A DNA stretch of 64,000 bases from Candidatus Aenigmatarchaeota archaeon. GTDB taxonomy: Archaea > Aenigmatarchaeota > Aenigmatarchaeia > QMZP01 > QMZT01. The stretch lies in contig CAVSBQ010000002.1 in assembly GCA_963726265.1 (NCBI GenBank), positions 704,001 through 768,000 of the forward strand, written 5' to 3'. The notes under the pieces were generated by a model. That model did no database searches. It saw nothing but the letters and a program-made list of their open reading frames with translations, and had not been told where the DNA came from. This document shows positions 39,901-54,900 of this stretch, one piece after another (within the stretch, counting starts at the first letter, position 1; each line of letters starts with the position of its first letter). Position numbers and translations under genes: made by a program.

Positions 39901-42900
39901 ACTCTCAACAGGACGAACGGCATGTACAACTTCACCATGAAATCCTACGAGGACAACTATTACAACGACACGGTGACTGAAGTTAACGCCGTCGAGATAA
40001 GAACTGTCCCGATGCTCAGGGCCGCGAATGCCACCTACAGGACCGAATCTTGGTCGAGGATGAGAAACTATTCGGTGAACGTGACCGACAACCTCGACGA
40101 CACGGTGAACGTTACCCTTTGGCTCGCAGTCGGCGCCATCGAAGAATCATACGGAAGCCGCTGCTGCGGTCCGAACTGCCCTTCCAACCCAGTGAACTGC
40201 ACTAATGTTGTTCTGAACTGGACCAACATAGAGCTCAACACCAGCAAGCCATGCGAGACCTATGCGGACAAAACCGTGAGATTCTACTTCTCGGCAGAGG
40301 ATACTGAAACTTACACTTATGACACATCAGTCGCCGCTGGCGACTACATAGGCAACAGCGACACGATCAACATGGAAAAGGCCAACACCACCATCGAATA
40401 CGTGGAAGGCAACAACAGCTTCACCGGCGGGGCGCCGGTCTGGTTCAAGCTGAGGGTCAACGACACCGACAACGGGAGTTCCGTTTATATCAGGCCGTCT
40501 TCCGAGCATCCGCTGATATATTTCAACGTAACTACAGACGAGAACGAGAAAGAGAGCTTCGTCTACGTCAACGACACGCGCACGGATTCGGCTGGCTACG
40601 CGAACGTCACCTTCACTCCCGACGGGAGGTTCAGCCTGGGCAACATGACATGGCGCGGCTACGTGCACCCGGGCGACCTCTGCTACAAATACAACATTTC
40701 GAACAACTTTACCGTGGAGATATTCCTGAACTGGCCACCGATGTTCGCCAACATGAGCGTGAACAACAAGACCACGGACAGCAAGGGATGGGGAGGCGGC
40801 TGGAACTTCTCAGTCGAGGTGAAGGACCACGGCTCGGAGGGAGGAAGCCTGAACGTGACCCTGCAGCTCGACACGAAAGACGGCTGGCGCAACATAGAGA
40901 CGAAAAACTGCACGTCCTGCCTTTTGTGGACAAATATAAACTTCACGGATGTCCGGCTCAACTGCTCGGACCTGAACTCTTCGGCGCGTTTCAGGTTCAA
41001 CGTCACGGACAACGCCAACAACGAGAACGGGACAGGCGTCTACGGCACGTTCGGCGTGCTTCCCGATTCCGTCGCTTTCGAACACGTGCGCGGCAACAAC
41101 ACCATAGCCAACAGGAGCGGCTCGCAGAGTGACCTTCTCGTGCTCAGGCTTTACGACCAGAATAACAACACGTACCTTCCGGCAGGAGCGAACGCGACGT
41201 TATGGGTGAGCTGGAACTATTTCGCTTATGACGACGGCTTGGCCGTAAAAACGAATGCGACAGGCCACATAAACAGAAGCTTCGACCCCACGTGCGACAG
41301 CGAAAGCGACTACGAATACGAGGCAAGAAACCAGATATGGCGTGCACAGGTTAATTCGTCGGATACCTGCTACTACCCGAACATAAGCAGCACGTATTAT
41401 CTCAACGTCATGGGCGACCTTAATCTCACGATAATCAAGCCCGACGGCTCGAACAACTACACGTGGGGCGACAATGTTTTCGTCCAGGGCCAGCTCAAGG
41501 ACGACTGCGGCAACACGCTGGACTATGCGAACGTCGAGTTTAACATGAGCGTAGGAAGTCACAGGTACAATTACTCCAACGTCCCCAACCTCGGAGGCGG
41601 CTTCTACCAGGGCGACTGGAATTCCGCCGGAGCGGCGGAAGGCTGGTACAACGTGACCATGTGGGCCAACAAGACTTACCAGCCGAATCCCAACTACAGC
41701 TATTACTACGTTAACCAGACCACGATAGTCCCGCCGTACACGTTCTACCTCAAGACGATACCGATACTGAAATACGCGAATGTCACGCCCAGGCTTGACG
41801 GCTGGGGTGCCGTATATAATTTCAGCGTCAACGTGACCGACGAAGCCGGGGATAACGTAACCGTGATATTCGAGAGGAAGAAATACGGCGTAGACTATTC
41901 CCAGGTCGGGTCTTCGCAGAGCTGCATTTCATGCACGAATTACACGATGCACTGGAACGAGACCTACATGTGTGCCAACCTGAGCGGCAACCCGACGTTC
42001 TATTTCCAGTTCACGGGAACGGACGAGATCGGAAACGAGCGGAAAACACAAACGGCGACTGGCGATTACGTCAACAACGACAACACCTACGTCTTGGATA
42101 AGGACGACGTGCAGATACTTTATTTCGCTGGCAACGAGAGCAAGGTCAACAGGTCAGGAGGCAACTTCACGTTATCCCTGATAATCAACGACACTGACAG
42201 GAGGGCGTACGTCAGCGATTCCGAGGCGACCGCATACCTCAACATAAGCACGAACTCTAGCAACCCCAATTCGCAGAACCTGACCGAGGCGGTCAACATC
42301 ACCGACGGGACGGGCCATGTCAATTTCGACTTCTCGCTCAAGGGAAACTGCAATTACCAGGTCGGAAAGCAGCAATGGTACGGCTATGTGGGGAGCGCAG
42401 ACACATGTTACAAGACCGCCATATCGCCTTCGTTCAACATAACGGTCTTCGGCGACCTGAACGCCAGCATAAGACCGGACAACTACACCAAACACCAGGA
42501 GGAAAACGTTTACATTTACGTAAACATCACGGACGAATGCGGCCATCTTCTATCAGGCCTGAACATATCCGTCCTGATGGTCAAGAATTCCACCCTGAAT
42601 TACACGTGCGGCGACATAGTGGACTACAACAACGGCACCTACCGCTGCAACTGGACGACCACCCAGGCCATGCCAGTTTACAAATACGGCGTCTGGATAC
42701 AGATGAACTCGACCGGCTACTACAACAACGACACGGAATTGCACAATGACGTGGTTTGGCTGCAGAGCTACATAAACAACGCACCCGTTTTCTCAAGCCC
42801 GTCATTCATGCGCGAGGGATGGGGCGCTGCCACGAACTTCAGCGTGCACGTCGACGATCCGGACTACAACAACGTCACCGTCTGGTTCTGGACCTCGGAT

Positions 42901-45900
42901 ACGGGCTCGGAGCCATGGACCCTGAGAAACTACACCAACTGCACGCTTTGCGCCAACACGTACGTGAACTTCTCGCTGTTCCACAACTGCTCCTTCCTCG
43001 GCAACACGTATTATTTCAAGTTCAACGGCACCGACATGAACTACAGCGGCCAGTACGACCTCTCCGGCACGTCGAGCTCGCAGACCTACGATGTCGAAAA
43101 GGATAACGTGAGCGTTTCATTCGTCGCAGGAAGCAACAACGTAGTCAACCGTTCCGGGACGCAGTTCACCAACGAGACCATGATAACCAGGGTCTACGAC
43201 ACCGACAACAAGACGTACGTGGGTTCCGGGGTTTACGGTAAGCTGTGGATCAGATATAATGTAAGCGCTGGTTACGACGGAGGCCTTGAAAACACGACTG
43301 ACGGCAGCGGTTATCTGCGCTTCAACTTCAATCCCGGCTGCGGCTATACAGTCGGCTTCCATAACTGGACTTCGGGCACGACAGTAAACACGTGCTACGA
43401 CGAAGAGAACATGACAACCCCCTCGAATCTCACGATAATCGGCGAACTCATACACACGTTCGACAACGCCAGCTGCGGCGGCAAGGATTACTGCCTGGAC
43501 GGCGAGAACGTCACAATATACATAAACATTAGCGACGACTGCAACGTCTCCGTCTCCGACGCCAGCATGAACATATCCGTTTCGCACGATGTATTTTCGG
43601 CGAATTGCAGCAGCGTCCAGGCGCTCGGCAGCGGGCGCTACAACTGCACCCTTAACATGACCAGCCTGCCCGGAGGCTACTACAACGTCACCGCCGCCAG
43701 CGCAAGGACCTATTTCAACGCGAATTCGACGAAGTTCGTCAACGCGTTCTTCAGGCAGGTCGCGCCATCCCTGAACAACGAGAACGTCGACCCCTCCTCC
43801 ACCTACTGGGCCAGGACCGTTGCAGGCGGACCCAACTTCGCATTCCACGTCAACGTGAGCGACGATGACGACACGCTCACGCTTGAGCTCTGGGAATACA
43901 AGAATTCCACCAGCGGCCCGTGGCAGCTCGCCAACTCGACAGTGCTTTCCGACAGCGTGGGCTATAACGCAACGCGTATCAGGACGTATTATTCCTCTGA
44001 CATAGGTATCTGGTACTGGAAGTTCAACGTCACTGACCAGAGAGGCCTCACATACGAGACCGCGAACCACACACTCGAGGTCACGAAGAGGGCGCTCAAC
44101 ATAAGCCTTCTGGCGGGCAACGAATCGAACGTGACGAGCGTGGGCACCAACAGCACGGAACTGGCCGTAAGCGTGAAGGACGCCGTTGACGGCCAGAACG
44201 TCACGCTTCCCACGTACAAGAAATTCTGGGTCACCACCAACGGCGTCAGCTGGGGTCCGGCGCAGGACATCTCGATTCCGGGTTTCGGCTACATGAACAG
44301 GATATTCGAGCCCGACTGCCCGACCTATTACACCGGAAGGCAGCTGTGGAAGGCGGGCGTAGCCGGCCATACGCAATATTATGATGCCAATTCGAGCAGC
44401 TACGTGCTGTATATATATTCGCAGATGTACCTCAACGTGACGTATCCCAATAACGTGTCCTTTGTCAAGGACAGCTGGGTTCTGATAAACGGGACCATCA
44501 TCGACGAGTGCAGGAACGTTTCCGCCGCGACTGTCAAATTCATATCAGTTAACCAGTATGGCACGGATATTTCGCCGCCATGCACGGCAAACAACTACAC
44601 CGGAGGCATATACAACTGCACGCAGGACATGACCGGAGAGGATTTCGGCCTGAACGCATGGTACAACATCACCATGAACGCTTCGCTGGCGTATTACAAC
44701 ACGACGAGCATGACCTTCCCGCACAGGTACAGGCTTGCTTCTTACCCGGACCTCACCTCGCCCGAAGTCGATCCGCCCGGCGAGGGATGGGGCTACAACT
44801 ATTCCTTCAACGTGACGGTCAACGACCAGGATTCCGGCGACGTCGTGAACGTCAGCTTCTGGTCCGCTTCAGCCTCATCAGGCCCGTGGACTTTCCGCGG
44901 CTCGCAGAATTGGACCAGCGACCAGAACGACCACAAATTCGAGTATCGCCAGGCGTTTACCTGCAGCGATTACACGGCGGACTCGAATCACAGGCTCTAC
45001 TACAAATACAACGTCACCGACACCATAAACTTCACCGACGAGACGAGCCCGACGAATTTCATAGAACTTCAAAAAGACGACGTGTGGTTCGCCAACGTGA
45101 CTGGCAGCGGCATAACCATAAACAGGGAGGGAACGGACACGGGCAGGATAGGCGTGCAGGTTTATGATGACGACTCTTACAGCAAAAACAAGCTCGGCTC
45201 CGGCATAATGGTTTCGTTCTGGCTCACCAACGACTCCGCTAATTACGCTTTCAATCTCACGAACACGACCAACGCGAGCGGCTACGTGTTCTATGATTTC
45301 GAGCCGACCTGCAGCTACGCCGCCGGTTCGCAGCTGTGGTTCGGGGGGACGGAAAATTCGACCTGCTACAAAATGACAAACCAGAGCCAAGGTTCGCAGA
45401 GTCTCGTGGTCCGCGGTCAGTTCAAGAACAATCTCCAGACGCCGGCCAATGGGACGCGCTTCAACGTGACCAACGGCATAACAGTAAGGTTCAACATCTC
45501 CACGGACTGTAGCAACGAGGGCATAGTCAGCGGAGCGACGACGAAAAGCGTGACGCTCATCCATAACCAGACCGGCGCTACATCATCCTGCGTGACGGTC
45601 AACGACGAAGGCAACGGCTGGTACAACTGCACCTGGTCCTCGACAGGTCAGCCCGAGGGCAACTGGAGCATCAACGTCACGACGGGCAAGAACGACTACA
45701 ACCCGAACACGACGGTATGGCTCAACAGGTTCTTCCTCGACAACCGCGGCCAGGCCGCCGAAAACCAGACCTTCGCCCCGTCGCAGGGCGGCTGGGGCAC
45801 GACTTATACTTACAATATCTCCATAGCAGATCCTGAAGGCGACACGGTGACATGCGTCCTGTGGACCAACACCACGGGCTCCGGATGGATAAACAGGGGC

Positions 45901-48900
45901 AGCAGCGCCGTCGCCGGTTCGGGCAACTGCTCGGTGCAGGTGAGCAACTTCAACTACACGGACGTCGGCGCCTCCCAATACAGATTCGCAATCAATGACA
46001 CTTACAACGCGCTTGAGACCGCGAATTTCAGCGGGCCCGTGATAAACAATGACAGCGTTACCGTAATCCACAGCGCGGGCAACAACACGAACGTCAACAG
46101 GAGCATGGACCAGACCACGCTGCTCGGGGTGAGGGTCAACGACACGGACAATGGCCAGCCTACATCCGGCATAGACACGACTTTCTGGGTATCATATACC
46201 AACAATTCCGTGGATTACGACACCGGTTTCCTCAACCAGACCTCTTCGGACGGCTACTCTTATTACAGTTTCAACGCGACATGCGGCTACACGGTCGGCG
46301 TCCACAACTGGAAGGCCGGCGTGACGGATGGCATGATACAACAAGACTAATTCCTCGACCTTCACCGTCAACATAACCGGAGACCTCATACCGACTATCA
46401 TCAGCCCGCTCGGAGGCGTTGCAGGCGTATACCCGCGCGGCCAGAACATAACCCTGCGCGGCTATCTCGCATCGGACTGCCCCTCCGAAACCATGACTGG
46501 CACGCCGTCGACTATGAGATATTCCAACAGCTCGGGCAGCTATTATTGCTCCAATGTCATCGACGACGGCGGAGGCTACTACAACTGCACCTTCAACACG
46601 TCCTCGCTGGCGGTGGGCTGGTATAACCTGACCATGAACTATTCCAGGCAGCATTACAACGCGAATTCGACCACGAAGACCAGCGCCTTCTTCATAGAGA
46701 CCGCGCCAAGGCTCGCCGTCCCGAACATAAGCAAGACACTGGGCGGCTGGGGGGAGACTTACATATTCTCCGTAAACGTGAGCGATGAGGACAGCGATAA
46801 TGTAAGAGTATATGCATGGTACAGGAAGCTTCCAAGCGGTGCATGGACCCAGATAGGCTCCTACAACCAGACCAGCGGCATGAACAAAACCGTTACCTTC
46901 ACCACCTCCTTCCAGTTCACGGACATGGGCAACCTGACGTTCAAGTTCAACGTCACGGACGACGCGGACACCCCCGTTTCTGGCGGCACGCAGTACACCG
47001 ACGAAATCCAGGCGGGCTTCAATTTCACGCTCGAAGCCGACGACGTGACTTTCATTTATGTTGCCGGCAACGAGACCACGATCAACAGGGTCGGAGCTAA
47101 CACCGCCACATTCACACTCTCGCTTTATGATACCGACGTGGGCGCTGCTGTCACGATGAACGAGAACGGCACGTTCTGGGTCACGACGAACGAGAGCGAC
47201 CCAAATTCATGGAGGAGCGCCACACAGAAATTCTTCGTCACAACGCTTAGCTACGACTTCAATCCCGACTGCAATTACCAGACTGGCAAGCAGAAATGGA
47301 AAGGAGGTCTGATAAGCGGCGGCTCGGGCTACTACAAGAACACCAACTCGTCCATCTACAACGTCACCATAACATCCGAATACACTCCATACATATACTA
47401 CCCGAAGGGCAGGAGCTTCGACAGGGATAATCTGTCGATGACAATAACCCTGAGCATGAACCTCACGGACAACGAAGCCGCCTGCGGCCTGGTCAGCGGC
47501 GCCACCGTAATGTTCAACGTCACCAACACCAGCTACGTCCGCCAGGCGACCGACTACGGCACCGGCTGGTACAATTACACCATACCGCAGACAGACTTCG
47601 CGGGCTGGAGCTACGGTTGGTACACTCTTCAGGCAAACGCGACGAGGCAATATTACCCGACCAACGTAAGCACGACTTACCCGGTTCGTTCTATCTTGCA
47701 TCGAGGCCATCTCTCGGTTCGGCAACCTCTGCCAGAGGGTGTCCGTACTGGGGCTGCCCCGCGAACTTCTCCATCGAGGTCACGGACAACGACGGCGGCA
47801 ACGTGACGGTCTTCCTGTGGAAGAAGATAGACACGGGCGGCCAGTGGGAATACCTGGGCAACGCGTCCTGCGGTCCGTGCTCAAGCACGCCGCTGCAGAT
47901 AAATTCGTCTTTCGACTGCGGCGACATAGGAACCAACTACTTCAAGTTCAACGCCACGGACAACTGGAACTACACCGCCACAACCGGCGAAAACAGCAAC
48001 CCCTTCAGCGTGAACCCGAATCTCGCTACAGTCTCTTACGTCACGGACGACAGCATCAGCATGACTAGGGAGGGCACATCCGCCTACAATCTTACGGTAT
48101 TCTTCAACGACATAACCAGAAGCCAGCCGGTGCTTACCGGAACGAACGGCACATTCTACGTGACCATGGACGGCACCAGCTTCGGCTTCGATAATGAACA
48201 CCACGACCAACTCCAGCGGCCACCTGAATTACCAGCTCGGGCCCAACTGCTCGTATTCGGTCGGCCTGCAGAGGTGGCACGCTGTCCTTGATAATGATAA
48301 TTGCTATTACGACGCTTCGCCTTCACCCGAAAACTTCACCTTCACCATAGCCGGCCAGCTCAAGAGCAAAATCGACACGCCGGCGCAGGGCTCCCAGTAC
48401 CTTGCGACGAGCCTGATTCCCATAAGATTCAACGTCACTTCCGACTGCATCTCTGAAGAAGGAAGGATATCGAATTCCAGCACGTCGCTCGAGCTTTATT
48501 CGCCCACCGCCGAGTACCAGCAATGCACGCCACTTTACAACGAGAGCGGCTCCAACGCAGGCTACTACAACTGCACGTGGGACTCGGCAGGCGACCTGGT
48601 TGGCATGTGGGGCATAAGGATTAACGCCAGCAAGACAGGCTATAACATCAATTCTACCCTCTACACGAACTGGATAAACCTCACCAACTCCGCGCCAGAG
48701 GGCAGCAACATGGACGTAACGCCAGACCAGGGAGGATGGGGGAGCATTTTCAACTATTCGATAAACGTTTCTGACGCCGACAATGACAACGTCAACTGCA
48801 CGCTCTTCGTATCAACTGACGCGGGCCTTTCATGGACCCAGAAGGGCTCGATGGTAGTCTACGGCGGGCATGACCTCTGCTGGGTCGAGGTCAGCGATTT

Positions 48901-51900
48901 CAGCTGCCTGGATGACATGGGAACCGACAACTACTTCAAGTTCACGCTTTACGACACGAAGGTGCAGATTGAGACAAGCAACATGTCCGGACCCAACATA
49001 ACCGTCGATTCCGTCAGCATAACGCATCTGCAGGGCAACAACCAGAACGTGAACAGGACTGCTCAGCAGATAACGCTCAAGGTCAGCGTCAACGATACAA
49101 CCAAGGGCCAGGGTATCTCATCCGTGCCCGCCTATTTCAACATAACGCGCGATGGCCAGAATTACACCTATCTTTACGAGGCGACTACCGCCTCGGGTAA
49201 TGCCACTCATACCTTCACGCCAGGCTGCGACTTCAACGCGACGCTGCAGAAATGGCACGTCTTCATAAACGACACGTGCTATGCCAACACGAGCAGCTCG
49301 GCCTTCAACATGACCGTATACGGCAGGCTAAACAACAGCATATTGCAGCCGACGGGCGGGGAATACCTGCGCGGCAGCAACGTGACCATACGACTCAACG
49401 TTTCGGATTATTATTGCGGCCAGCTGGCCGCGTCGGTGCTGCCGACAACGATAAACATATCCTCCGTAAGCCAGCTTACTTCCGTCACCTATCCGTGCAC
49501 GCCCATAGTCAATGACGGCGGCGGCTACTACAACTGCACCTTCAACACGTCCTTGATGAACCCGAGGGGCTACAACATAAACGCTTACACCTCAAGGACC
49601 TACTTCAACGCACACAACTACACGATCACTTATACCGCCGGCCAGCCCAAGGGCTTCTTCGTCGACACGGCGCCTCTCCTCACCTATCCGAAGCTCAACA
49701 CGACAGGCTACGACGGCGACGCGGGCGAGAACGGCTCCTGGTCCGAGCCGAGAAAATTCACGGTAAACGTCACCGACGAGGACGGCGACGTATATGTCGC
49801 CGTAAGGCTGTGGAAAAGAGATTACACTGTCGGCTCGGGCTGGGGCAGCTGGCAGCAGGTCGGCTCGGCAAAGAGTTTGAACACTGAAGCCAATAACACA
49901 CTCGTCGAATTTAACGAGGCCGGCAACCTGACGTCTCCTTACAATCCCGATGGCGACCTTGGAATATGGGAGTACAAGTTCAACGTCACCGACAACCCGA
50001 CCATGCCAAAAACCGGCGGAACGACCTACAGTTACCAAATCAACGGGAGCAACTACACGGTCGAGAAGGACGACATGGAGATACATTACTACAGCGGCGG
50101 GGAAGGAAATATCGTATGGAGGAACGGCTCAGATTCAATCATACTCTCCGTGCAGGCATGGTCAGTCGACCAGCAGAAATATATCGACTCCGGCGAGGCG
50201 GACGCCATGGTGTGGATAACAAAGGACCATTCCACTTTCGAGAACGTGACGGCTCCGGGATACCTATCTAACCTCGGCAACGGCACCATCAATCACACGT
50301 TCTTCCCCAACACAGGAGACTGCGCCTACGACGTCGGCGTCCAGTACTGGATAATAGGCGTGGAAAACAACGCCAGATTCAAGGACACGAACTCGAGCGG
50401 CAACGAGAACGTCAGCATATGGACTTTCCTGAATGGGTCCATAAACTCTCCTGACGGCGAAGTCTATCTGAAGGACCCGAACATCAACGTTACCTTCAAC
50501 ATGAGCGTCTGGGACGAGTGTAACGAAGGCGTAACGAGTCCCGACGACGTGAGCATAACGCTTACAGAAATCGAAGGCACACAGAAATACGCCGGCATAA
50601 CTTCCATACAGGACCTCGGAGGAGGGGAATATTTCTACAACTGGAGCACGGAAAACATCGAAACGCTCGGCATGTACAACATGACATTTGCCATGAGCAA
50701 AAATTATTATACCGACCTTTCGCTTTTCCGCAATCCCGCATTCCAGCTGACATCAGCGCCTCAACTATCGTTTAACGTAGACCCTCCGCTTGAAACGTCA
50801 GGCGAAGGCGGCTGGGGAGAGGACTACGACTTCAGGATAGCGGTGATGAAATCTGACGGCCTTCCGTTCAACGTCAGCCTCTGGTACAAGCACAACCAGT
50901 CATCGGAATGGACGCTGCTGAAGATGGTGGAATTGATCAGCGAAGGCTGGAGCAATCCGAGCGACTTCTACAACATGCAGTTCAACTGCACCGACATAAC
51001 GCCGGCGAATGACAACGCCTCCTACAAGTTCAACGCGAGCGACCAGTTCGGCTACACCGCCGAGCTGCCGGCAATAAACTTTACCATATTCAAGGACGAC
51101 GCCGCCGTTTATTACGACGACGCGGGCTCCAACATAATCATAAACAGGGAAGGCTCCTCCACCGGCCTGTTCAGGGTCAGGATAAACGATACCGACAGGT
51201 CACTTGTCGGCGTAGGAAACAACATATCGGGCGTATTTTACGTAACCACAGACAACGTAAACTATCTCACAACCTACCTCAACAGCACTAATGCGGATTC
51301 GAGACTCGTACTGAACTTCGACCCGAACTGCTCGCACGGCTACGGGCCGCAGAAATGGAAAGGCGGAACGTTCGGCGACACATGTTACAAAGACGTGAAC
51401 GTGTCAGAGAGATCATTAACAGTCAACGGCACGCTGAAGAACAACATCCAGCAGCCCAACTGGACCATCGGCCAGCCGTCGTTCAACGTCACGGACCAGA
51501 TCCTGCTCAGGCTTAATACGACCTCCGACTGTTCCGGCGAGGGAATGATATCAGGCAGTTCGGTTAGCTTGTATCTCAAAGCCCCGAATGGAAGCGTATA
51601 CTCATGCACGCCGGTCAACAGCGAAACAGGCGCTGATGCCGGGCGTTATAACTGCACTTGGAATTCGAATGACAAGCCGGAGGGCAACTGGACCGTCAAC
51701 ATGACGTCCACGAGGCAATACTTCCTGCCGAACACGACGACTCTTACCAACTGGTTCTGGCTCGAGAACAAGAACGCGACCGAAACCGACCTCAAGGTCA
51801 CGCCGCCACAGGACGGCTGGACCAGGCTCTACAACTACACCGTCCTGGTCAACGACGCCGACTCCGACGTGGTCAACTGCTCACTATATATCAACAAGTC

Positions 51901-54900
51901 CGACGGCCAGGGCTGGCTATACAAGGGCTCCAACATCCTCTACAACGCAAGCGGCATAGTGAACAGGAACTGTTCCGTCACCGTCCATGACTTCACGGGC
52001 GACGACATCGGCAACAACTCCTTCCGCTTCCTCATCAACGACAGCGAACCCGCGAACGTCCACTACACCTCAACAGCGTATGGCCCGTATCTCGAGGAGG
52101 CGAACACGACAGTGGGTCACCACGCTGGCAATGGCTCGACCGTGAACATATCCGACTATTCCGAGGATTACACCACGCTTCTTTCAGTGCAGGCCAACGA
52201 CACTGACAATGAATCCTTCGCCCCGAATGCCAACGTGACATTCTGGATGTACTATAATCTGACAGCGATGGCACCGGGATATGTCACGCCGACGAACTCG
52301 ACGGGCCATGCCAACTACGATTTCAACCCGGACTGCAACTACTCGGCCGGCAACTGGGAATGGTTCGCTGGCGTGACCGACGCGTATTACGAGGACAAGA
52401 ACACGACGAGGTTTAACGTAACACTTTTAGAAGACATAAACGTGAACCTGATTTCACCGCTTGGGCTGGAGGATGTCAGGGGTAACAACATAACCATAAG
52501 GTTCGGGCTTTATGACTCGTGCAATAGGAACATAACAGGCGTGTCTGGCATCAACATAACGATGTCAAATGATATCACGGGCCAGATATTCAACTGCACC
52601 AATATCATTGGGGAAGGAAACGGCGTATACAACTGCACGTTCAACACTTCGGCCAACCCGGGCATCATGCCAGCGGGGAGTTATGGCATAGAAATAAATT
52701 CATGGAAGCAGTATTACAACCGCGACAATACCAGCCTGCCTTTTATAGGTGATTCCCAGTCTTTCTACATAGAAACTCCGCCATCGCTTTTCAGCGCGAA
52801 GGTGAATGCGAGCCAGTTGGGAGGAAGCGTAGGCTCGTGGTCCGAGGACTGGAACTTCAGCGTAAACGTCACGGACGAGGACGGCGATGAGGTCACGGTC
52901 GTTTTGTGGGAAAGGAAGTACACGTCAGGCTCGGGATGGAGCAGCTGGCAGCCGGTCGGGAGCACAAGCTGCGGGGAGGGAACGGAAATTTGCAACAACA
53001 ATGTCGTTTCCATACCTGTTGATGGTTATACCCACTATAACGGACAGCAACCGACGACGGCGAATGACACTTGGTCATTCAAATTCAACTGCACGGATGA
53101 AGCCGGAAAACCAACTGAGGGCGGAAATCAGTACAGCTACGAAATATCGGGCTATAACTACACGATAGAAAGGGACGACATAAACATAACACTCTACGCC
53201 GGTTATAATACCACTCTGGACAGGAACGGCACGGCGAACTTGACGCTGTCGGTAATGGTCTATGATATAGACCTTGGAAGAAACCTGACCGGAGGCGAGG
53301 CCAAGGGCAATGTGTGGATAAGCAAGAACGGGACCAATCTGGAATACGTGACCCAGGTCAACGTTATCAACGGCTTATTCAGCTACACTTTCCAGCCCGA
53401 AGACTGCAATTACAAGGTGGGAGTGCAGCACTGGATAATAGGGCTAATCAATTACAACAACTGGTTCAAGGTCACCAACGCGACAATGGCCAACATAACG
53501 CTTTACGCCCCCCTAAACGGAACCATAAACACGCCGAATGGTGAGACATATCCCGGAGGGACCTATCCCGGGGAATATATGATCCCAATATGGTTCAGCG
53601 TCTTCGAGATGGATTGCCCTGCGAACTACGTCGGGAATTTGGATAATAAATCTCTGAAAATAAACCCCTCTGACGGAGATCCAAGTTATCCGACTATCCT
53701 TGGTAGCAGCATATATGATTGGAGCAATGGAAGCTACAATTATTCGTGGGATTCAAATAAGGTAAAGGAATGGTATAACATAACGGCAATTCTTGGGGAG
53801 CAATATTATTACCCGATTAATGTAACCAAACCGAATGCATTTGCACTTTCAAGTGCGCCACAACTTTCCTCGCCCTCGCACAGCATCAGCTATCCGGTTG
53901 GCGGTGACGGCGGCTGGGGGGAAACGCATAGGTTTACCGTCTATCAACAGGACGCGGACGGGAACAATCTAACTCTATATTTATGGTACAGGTTCACGCC
54001 ATCGGATACTTGGATTTTGCTTAACCAGACCGTTGTCCAGGGGGATCCTGGGCAGGCCACGCCGTATTTCTATGATTACAGCGGTTTCGACTGCTCGAAC
54101 ATAACGCCCCCCGGTGACAACAGCCAGTTCAAATGGAACGTCACGGATACGGCCAACTTCCACGACGAAACAGACGTGATTAACTTCACCGTCCTGAAGG
54201 ACGACGTGTCAGTGGATTATGTTTCGGGATTCGACCTGAACATAAACAGGGACGGAACCAACAGCGGGCTTTTCGTGGTCCAGATAAACGACACTGACAG
54301 GAACAATGTCGGCGTTGGAGAGGGAGTGCCCGGCATCTTCTACGTGACTACGGACGGAACGAATTTCCTCACCACTTATCAGAACGACAGCACGTCCGAT
54401 TCGATGCTGTCGCTTAACTTCGACCCGAACTGCTCGCACAGCCCTGGCATCCAAAAATGGACCGGAGGCGTCTGGAACGACACGTGCTACAAGGACAGGA
54501 ACATGACGGGTTCGCCGAGGGAGTTCACCGTATACGGCCAGCTCAAGAACAACATCCAGCAGCCCAACTGGACGAGCGGCCAGCCGTCGTTCAACGTCAC
54601 GAACCAGATATTGTTCAGGTTCAATACCACTTCGGACTGTTTGGTCGATGGGCTGGTAAACAACACAGGGACGTCCATATATCTGCATGCGCCCAACGGA
54701 AGCAACTACACCTGCTCGCCCATGAAAAACGAGACCGGCGTGAACGCCGGCTACTACAACTGCACGTGGGACTCCAGCGACAAGCCCGAGGGAAATTGGA
54801 CGCTCAACACGACCTCGGTTAAAACCTACTATTATCAGAACCAAACCATACTTACCAACTGGTTCTGGCTCGAGAACAAGAACGCTACCGAGACCGACCT

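Noticed and set aside
43117..44376. 419-aa minus-strand ORF and many similar antisense ORFs within the giant gene
   Set aside because: Val/Arg-rich mirror translations caused by C-ending codon bias on the coding strand.
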